A stretch of DNA of 32,000 nt. Source: an uncultured Methanobacteriaceae archaeon. GTDB lineage: Archaea; Methanobacteriota; Methanobacteria; Methanobacteriales; Methanobacteriaceae. The notes below the pieces were generated by a model. It searched no databases. It saw only the letters and a list, made by a program, of their open reading frames with translations, and was not told the DNA's origin. A program made the translations under genes and the position numbers. Every line of letters begins with the position of its first letter. Position 1 is the stretch's first letter. Location of the stretch: contig CAVOPP010000011.1 in NCBI GenBank assembly GCA_963698135.1, forward strand, positions 198,954-230,953, given 5' to 3'. Of this stretch, positions 26,757 through 32,000 are shown piece after piece.

Positions 26757-28139
26757 ATGGGATTTATAGATTCAATTCGTGGAATTAATAAAAGTCAAAA
26801 TCAAGCTTCTGAAGGAGGAGATAAAGTGGAGAAAAAAGAATCATTAGATATGTTTTGTTACCAGTGCTCCCAAACTGCAAAGGGAACTGGATGTACCGTT
26901 AGAGGCGTATGTGGAAAAGAACCAACCGTAGCCAGATTACAGGATAACCTCCTGTTTGCCATAAAAGGGATTTCAGCTTACCTTTACCACGCCCGGGAAC
27001 TGGGATACACTGATGATGAAGTTGACGCCTTCATAGAAAGAGGTTTCTATTCTACCCTGACCAACGTCAACTTTGAACCAGGAAAATTCGTAGAACTGGC
27101 TTTAGAAGCAGGTAATATGAACATTAAAACCATGCAACTTCTAAAAAAGGCCCACATAGATACTTATGGTGAACCAGTGCCTACTGAAGTACCTGTTGGT
27201 GCAGTAAAAGGACCAGGAATTGTAGCTACCGGACACAGCCTCAAAGCATTAGAAGAACTCTTAAAACAAACTGAAGGTAAGGGAATAAACGTTTACACTC
27301 ACTCCGAATTGCTTCCTGCCCATGGATATCCTGGTCTTAAAAAATACAAGCATTTAGTGGGACAACTGGGAGGAGCATGGTTCGATCAGAAAAAAACTTT
27401 CGCTGATTACAATGTAGCAGTTGTAGGAACTTCAAATTGTGTTTTACTGCCTAAAGAAGAGTACAAAGGAAGAATGTTCACCGTGGGTGTAGCCGAACTT
27501 CCAGGAGTGCGACACATAGAAGATTATGACTTTACCCCGGCCATTGAAAAGGCCTTAGAACTGGGTGATCTGGAAGAAGAATCAAGAGAAACTGTTCTGA
27601 CCACCGGGTTTGGAGCTTCAACTATCCTTTCCCTGGCCCCTAAGATTAAAGAACTGGTAGAAGCTGGAAAGATCAAGCAATTCATCTTAGTAGGTGGATG
27701 TGACTCCCCACTAATTCAGGCTAAATACTACACTGAATTTGTGGAAAAATTACCCGACACCACCGTGGTTTTAACCCTGGCTTGTGGTAAATACCGATTC
27801 AATGCTATGGACCTGGGAGATATTGAAGGAGTGCCAAGACTCATAGATATAGGCCAATGTAACGATGCAATTGTTGCCGTAGACGTGGCTGTAGCTTTAA
27901 CCGAACTATTTGGCGTGGGACTAAACGAACTACCATTAACCATTGTCTTAAGCTGGATGGAACAAAAAGCAGCTGCTATTCTCTGGAGCCTACTGGCCCT
28001 GGATCTTAAAGGAATGTACATTGGGCCAATCTTACCGGGTTGGGCTAATGACGATATCCTAAATGTACTGGTTGAAAACTACGACCTTCGGCCGATTGGA
28101 AATGCAGAAGAAGATATTAAGACCATTATGGGGCAATAA
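26757..28139 (+). CDS. hcp: hybrid cluster protein (hydroxylamine reductase)
   Basis: [23 protein letters not shown] is the N-terminal cubane-cluster motif. Full-length resemblance to class III Hcp. Start is ambiguous between ATG 26757, GTG 26826 and ATG 26850. Confidence 0.92.
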   Translation: MGFIDSIRGINKSQNQASEGGDKVEKKESLDMFCYQCSQTAKGTGCTVRGVCGKEPTVARLQDNLLFAIKGISAYLYHARELGYTDDEVDAFIERGFYSTLTNVNFEPGKFVELALEAGNMNIKTMQLLKKAHIDTYGEPVPTEVPVGAVKGPGIVATGHSLKALEELLKQTEGKGINVYTHSELLPAHGYPGLKKYKHLVGQLGGAWFDQKKTFADYNVAVVGTSNCVLLPKEEYKGRMFTVGVAELPGVRHIEDYDFTPAIEKALELGDLEEESRETVLTTGFGASTILSLAPKIKELVEAGKIKQFILVGGCDSPLIQAKYYTEFVEKLPDTTVVLTLACGKYRFNAMDLGDIEGVPRLIDIGQCNDAIVAVDVAVALTELFGVGLNELPLTIVLSWMEQKAAAILWSLLALDLKGMYIGPILPGWANDDILNVLVENYDLRPIGNAEEDIKTIMGQ

Positions 28140-28347
28140 ATAAACCCCATTTTATTCTATTTTTATTTATGTTTCTTAAATAATTCAAATTTTAAAAAAT
28201 AAAGCATATATCTGATTAATATTATTTTTATTCATAAAATCCCCTAATTCTATTACAACTAACTTATAACAGTTAAAAATTTTAATTCTAAAATTATTTA
28301 ATAAAAAATAATTATTATAAAACGAAATATTATAATGGTGATTTAAA

Positions 28348-28671
28348 ATGCAGGAAGACTTAAAATCCAGAGCACTGGCCATAGAAGATTTAATAGATTA
28401 TCAAGAGAGATCTGTTGTAAGTAGGGAAATAGTCCGGAAAGAAACCGGAACGGTAACCATATTTGCTTTTGATAAGGGAGAGGGATTAAGTGAACACAGT
28501 GCTCCTTTTGATGCCATGGTTCAAATTGTAGATGGAAAGGCCATCATAACCATTGGGGGAGAAGAAAATACCGTCCAAAAAGGAGAAATGATTATAATGC
28601 CCGCCAATGTTCCCCATGCCCTGCATGCAGTGGAAAAATATAAAATGATATTGACCATGATAAGGTCTTAA
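28348..28671 (+). CDS. cupin domain protein
   Basis: A 107-aa single cupin barrel: GEGLSEHSAPFDAMVQIVDGKA...GEMIIMPANVPHALHA. Confidence 0.75.
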   Translation: MQEDLKSRALAIEDLIDYQERSVVSREIVRKETGTVTIFAFDKGEGLSEHSAPFDAMVQIVDGKAIITIGGEENTVQKGEMIIMPANVPHALHAVEKYKMILTMIRS

Positions 28672-28800
28672 CTCATATTCTTTTATTTTATCCAATTTAC
28701 GGATTTTAATAGTATATTTGCATAATGGAGTTATGTAATAAGTATGCTAATTGAATATAATTGTTTTTTTTAATGTATACTATTTTTAAAATAATTTAAA

Positions 28801-30042
28801 TTAAATTAAAAGAATTGCTATTAAACCGGCTGCTATAATAATGGCAAATAAGGCCCCTACATTTTTTCCAAAATTTCGGGTTCCTAAAAATAAGGCAATT
28901 CCAAATTTAACTATAGTATTAGAAATACTGGCCAGAGTAATAGCAGTAACTGCGGTAATAGAAGATATAGTACCATTTTGTGCCAGTAAAGCCATGCTAA
29001 TGGTTATTGCATCCACATCAGCCACCCCAGAAATTATACTGGCTATGTAAACCCCTCTGCTTCCAAAATAAATGTAAGCAATATTACTGATAAAGATAAT
29101 GGCCACAAACAATGCTCCAAATATCAAAGCAGGTTTTAAAGAGAAGGGGTTTTCCAGCTTTACTCCAGAATCCATTTTTTTAATCCGGGAACTGCGCCAT
29201 ACTATTACCCCTAGAAAAATCCCTAAAACTCCCATAATTATCATGGGGGCAGCAAGAAGAGGAATCAAAGATGAATTCACCACCAGAACCTCGAAAAATA
29301 CTCTTAAAAACATCATGGAACTGGCCACCACAGCCGCGAAAACTGCGGCCTTCATCAATAATTCTGATTCCCTTACCCGGGCAGCCATAGCAGTTACCAC
29401 AGCTGTACTGGATACTAAACCCCCCAGCACACCAGTCAATCCTAGACCACGTTCTGGACCTACAAAACGCATTAAGATGTAACCCGCATAACTAATTCCA
29501 GAAATAAATACCACCATGAGCCATACCTGGTAAGGGTTGAATACTTGCCAGGGCCCCATGGCTTCATTTGGTAAAAGAGGTAAAATTACAAAGGCGATGA
29601 TTAAAAACTTTAAAGTACTGTTCATCTCTTTTTGACTAATTTTCTGGGCCAAAGTGTGTAGAAATGGCTTTGCAGCCAGAAGGGCAGTTATTATTATGGC
29701 CAGTATAGGAGCAATTTTATATCCATCGTCCCAGTAGCACATCAAACCCAGCGAAAAAGTCAAAAGAGCCGCCACTTCAGTGGTTAGACCCACATCACCG
29801 TCATCTCGGGTACTGACCCAGTAACTCAGACCTACCAAAATTGCCAGACCCAAAAAAGCTATTAAAAAGAAATAGGGAAATGGTTGAGATAAATATCCAG
29901 ATAATACCCCCAATAGGGCTATAAAAATAAATGTTCTTATGCCTGCAAAATCAGTTTCCTTACTTTTTCTTTCCCGTTCCAGTCCTACCAGTGCTCCAAT
30001 GGCCAGGGCAATCACAAACTTGAGAATCAGTAAAGTATCCAT
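28801..30042 (-). CDS. MgtC/SapB-family N-terminal domain + DUF4010-type polytopic membrane protein
   Basis: ALAIGALVGLERERKSKETDFAGIRTFIFIALLG is the MgtC-type start. About 12 further hydrophobic helices follow. Confidence 0.75.
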   Translation of the reverse strand: MDTLLILKFVIALAIGALVGLERERKSKETDFAGIRTFIFIALLGVLSGYLSQPFPYFFLIAFLGLAILVGLSYWVSTRDDGDVGLTTEVAALLTFSLGLMCYWDDGYKIAPILAIIITALLAAKPFLHTLAQKISQKEMNSTLKFLIIAFVILPLLPNEAMGPWQVFNPYQVWLMVVFISGISYAGYILMRFVGPERGLGLTGVLGGLVSSTAVVTAMAARVRESELLMKAAVFAAVVASSMMFLRVFFEVLVVNSSLIPLLAAPMIIMGVLGIFLGVIVWRSSRIKKMDSGVKLENPFSLKPALIFGALFVAIIFISNIAYIYFGSRGVYIASIISGVADVDAITISMALLAQNGTISSITAVTAITLASISNTIVKFGIALFLGTRNFGKNVGALFAIIIAAGLIAILLI

Positions 30043-30160
30043 ATTTAATTTATATAAGTTTCAAACATAAAATAATATTCACCTAACAATTTTACTGCTA
30101 ATTTTAGGAATTATAAATATTATTATTAGAAAATTAAAAAATAAAAATTATGGTGGTTTT

Positions 30161-31816
30161 ATGAGAAGTGATAATATAAAAAAAGGAATTCAGAGAGCAC
30201 CTCACCGGTCCCTTCTCCGGGCCTGTGGAGTAACCGATGATGACTTTGCTAAACCATTTATAGGCATTGCCAACAGCTACACCGACATTGTTCCCGGCCA
30301 CATACACCTGCGGGAATTAGCAGAAACGGTTAAAGTCGGAATAGGCCAGGCCGGAGGAGTGCCATTTGAATTTAATACCATGGCCATTTGTGATGGAATT
30401 GCCATGAATCACGACGGAATGCGTTATTCCCTGGCATCACGGGAAATAATCGCCGATACCGTGGAAAGTATGGCTCAGGCACACAGCCTGGATGGGCTGG
30501 TCTTGATGCCCACCTGTGATAAAGTAGTCCCTGGGATGCTCATGGCCGCAGCCCGCCTTGACATACCAGCCATTGTGGTTACCGGAGGGCCCATGATGCC
30601 TGGAAAATTCCAGGGCAAAGCAGTTGACCTCATAAACGTCTATGAAGGTGTAGGGGCCGTTAATTCTGGTAAAATGACTGAAGAAGAACTTGATGAACTG
30701 GAAAGATGTGCCTGCCCAGGAGCAGGATCCTGTGCGGGTTTATTCACCGCCAACACCATGGCCTGTTTAACTGAAGCTCTGGGAATGAGTTTACCTGGCT
30801 GTGCCACCGCCCATGCTGTCGATTCTAAAAAAATGCGCATAGCAAGATTATCTGGTGCCCGCATAGTTGAAATGGTCAACGAACAACTCTTACCTTCCCA
30901 AATAATGACTCAGAATGCATTTGAAACTGCCGTGGCGGTTGATCTGGCCTTAGGTGGTTCCAGTAACACAGCCCTGCATATTCCCGCCATTGCCAGTGAA
31001 CTGGAAGATCAAGGCGTAAAGGTCGATCTGGATCTTTTTGATAGGATGAGTAAAGAAATCCCTCACATAGCCTCCATATCTCCTGCAGGAGAACACATGA
31101 TGCTGGATCTGGACCGTGCCGGTGGAATTCCAGCAGTTTTAAAGACTCTGGAAAGTAGGATAAACACCCAGAACCCTACCTGTACCGGCTTAACCATTGA
31201 AGAAAATTTAATAGGGATTGAAGTCAAGGATGAGGGAGTTATACGTCCTCTGGACAAACCCGTGCACAGTGAAGGCGGAATAGCCGTATTAAAGGGCAAT
31301 TTGGCACCGAATGGTTCAGTTATTAAACAAGGGGCGGTGGCAGAAGACATGATGGCCCACCAGGGACCAGCCAAAGTATTTGATAGCGAAGATGACTGTG
31401 TGGAAGCCATATTCAACCATCAAATTAACGAAGGAGATGTAATCGTTATCCGCTATGAAGGACCAAAAGGCGGTCCTGGAATGAGAGAAATGCTCAACCC
31501 CACCTCAGCCATAGTAGGTATGGGAATTAAATCTGTGGCCCTTATAACTGACGGTAGGTTTTCAGGAGGAACCAGAGGCCCTTGTATTGGTCACGTGTCA
31601 CCAGAAGCCATGGCAAATGGACCTATTGCTGCCGTTCGTGATGGAGATATGATAAAAATAGATATTCCTCAGCGCATTCTGGAGATAGAACTATCTGATG
31701 CAGAAATTCAAGAGCGTATCTCCTCTGCCATTAAGCCCCAACGGAAACTCAAGGGATGGCTGGCCCGATATCAGAAACTGGCCAGTTCAGCCGACAAGGG
31801 TGGAATTTTAAGGTAA
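30161..31816 (+). CDS. ilvD: dihydroxy-acid dehydratase
   Basis: Diagnostic motifs: [44 protein letters not shown]. Confidence 0.95.
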   Translation: MRSDNIKKGIQRAPHRSLLRACGVTDDDFAKPFIGIANSYTDIVPGHIHLRELAETVKVGIGQAGGVPFEFNTMAICDGIAMNHDGMRYSLASREIIADTVESMAQAHSLDGLVLMPTCDKVVPGMLMAAARLDIPAIVVTGGPMMPGKFQGKAVDLINVYEGVGAVNSGKMTEEELDELERCACPGAGSCAGLFTANTMACLTEALGMSLPGCATAHAVDSKKMRIARLSGARIVEMVNEQLLPSQIMTQNAFETAVAVDLALGGSSNTALHIPAIASELEDQGVKVDLDLFDRMSKEIPHIASISPAGEHMMLDLDRAGGIPAVLKTLESRINTQNPTCTGLTIEENLIGIEVKDEGVIRPLDKPVHSEGGIAVLKGNLAPNGSVIKQGAVAEDMMAHQGPAKVFDSEDDCVEAIFNHQINEGDVIVIRYEGPKGGPGMREMLNPTSAIVGMGIKSVALITDGRFSGGTRGPCIGHVSPEAMANGPIAAVRDGDMIKIDIPQRILEIELSDAEIQERISSAIKPQRKLKGWLARYQKLASSADKGGILR

Positions 31817-32000
31817 ATAGGCAATTTAAGTAGATCATATTAAATCTAATATAGTTCCAATGATTTGTGCATAACTATAATAACAATTTGGATTCAATTG
31901 ATAACAGAATAAAATTATTAACTTCATTTGAATCAAATTTTAGATTTAAAATGATGTATTGCACTTAAAATATTTAAAAACAATTTAGGCGAATAAATCA

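Noticed and set aside
28253-28270. Possible fourth TTATAAN site (TTACAAC-taac-TTATAAC) upstream of the cupin gene
   Set aside because: It has only one intact heptad and the phase is broken. A single TTATAA hexamer is expected by chance in spacers this AT-rich.
28185-28382. Minus-strand 65-aa ORF between hcp and the cupin gene
   Set aside because: It is an extremely AT-rich, Asn/Ile/Phe-dominated translation overlapping the cupin start and its promoter region. It is most likely non-coding spacer.
28841-31416. ORFs 28841-29050, 29099-29482, 30640-30879 and 31063-31416
   Set aside because: They are antisense shadows within the MgtC-like and ilvD genes.
1-32000. Search for tRNA, rRNA, transposase/IS ends, integrase or prophage genes
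   Set aside because: I noticed no GC-rich cloverleaf-sized island, no rRNA-like conserved block and no transposase or integrase motif in any frame. Absence by eye is not proof, and a tRNAscan/Infernal run would settle it.

Overview
AT-rich archaeal chromosomal segment, almost certainly from a Methanobacteriales-type methanogen. The markers are F420-dependent methylene-H4MPT dehydrogenase (mtd), an archaeal-type ThrRS with an N-terminal editing domain, an iron-sulfur flavoprotein, an a,c-diamide synthase and N-x-S/T-rich surface proteins. Most of the window is ordinary housekeeping: hisB, ilvD, thrS, mtd, hcp plus rubredoxin, cbiA-like, a TrmB regulator, and MgtC-like and TMEM175-like membrane proteins. 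Accessory content includes two large secreted surface proteins (a parallel beta-helix adhesin-like protein and an M6 metalloprotease with four tandem 81-aa repeats). It also includes a glycan-type cluster (Wzy-like polymerase, GT-B-like protein, stand-alone C39-like peptidase), two decayed genes (a frameshifted flippase and a multiply frameshifted ModE-like regulator) and a secreted (Tyr-x-Lys)11 repeat protein with a Cys-rich tail. The most interesting locus is a ParA/Soj ATPase (22263-23033) translationally overlapping a 188-aa non-ParB partner. That partner combines a Spo0J-like N-terminal GLGxGLDAL peptide, a long Ser/Lys-rich linker and a small C-terminal ribbon-helix-helix-like domain. 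The cassette is flanked on both sides by phased arrays of the 7-bp unit TTATAAN (21612-21660 and 23122-23151), and a third seven-unit array lies 18 kb away (3629-3677). This layout resembles RHH/heptad-repeat centromeres (omega/delta of pSM19035) and archaeal SegAB, but the combination here looks undescribed. Separately, three secreted proteins each have a strong GGAGG Shine-Dalgarno 4-7 nt upstream of in-frame ATT/ATA codons that would supply the missing Lys/Arg-rich signal-peptide n-region, which suggests non-canonical initiation. No tRNA, rRNA, CRISPR array or transposase was recognised.
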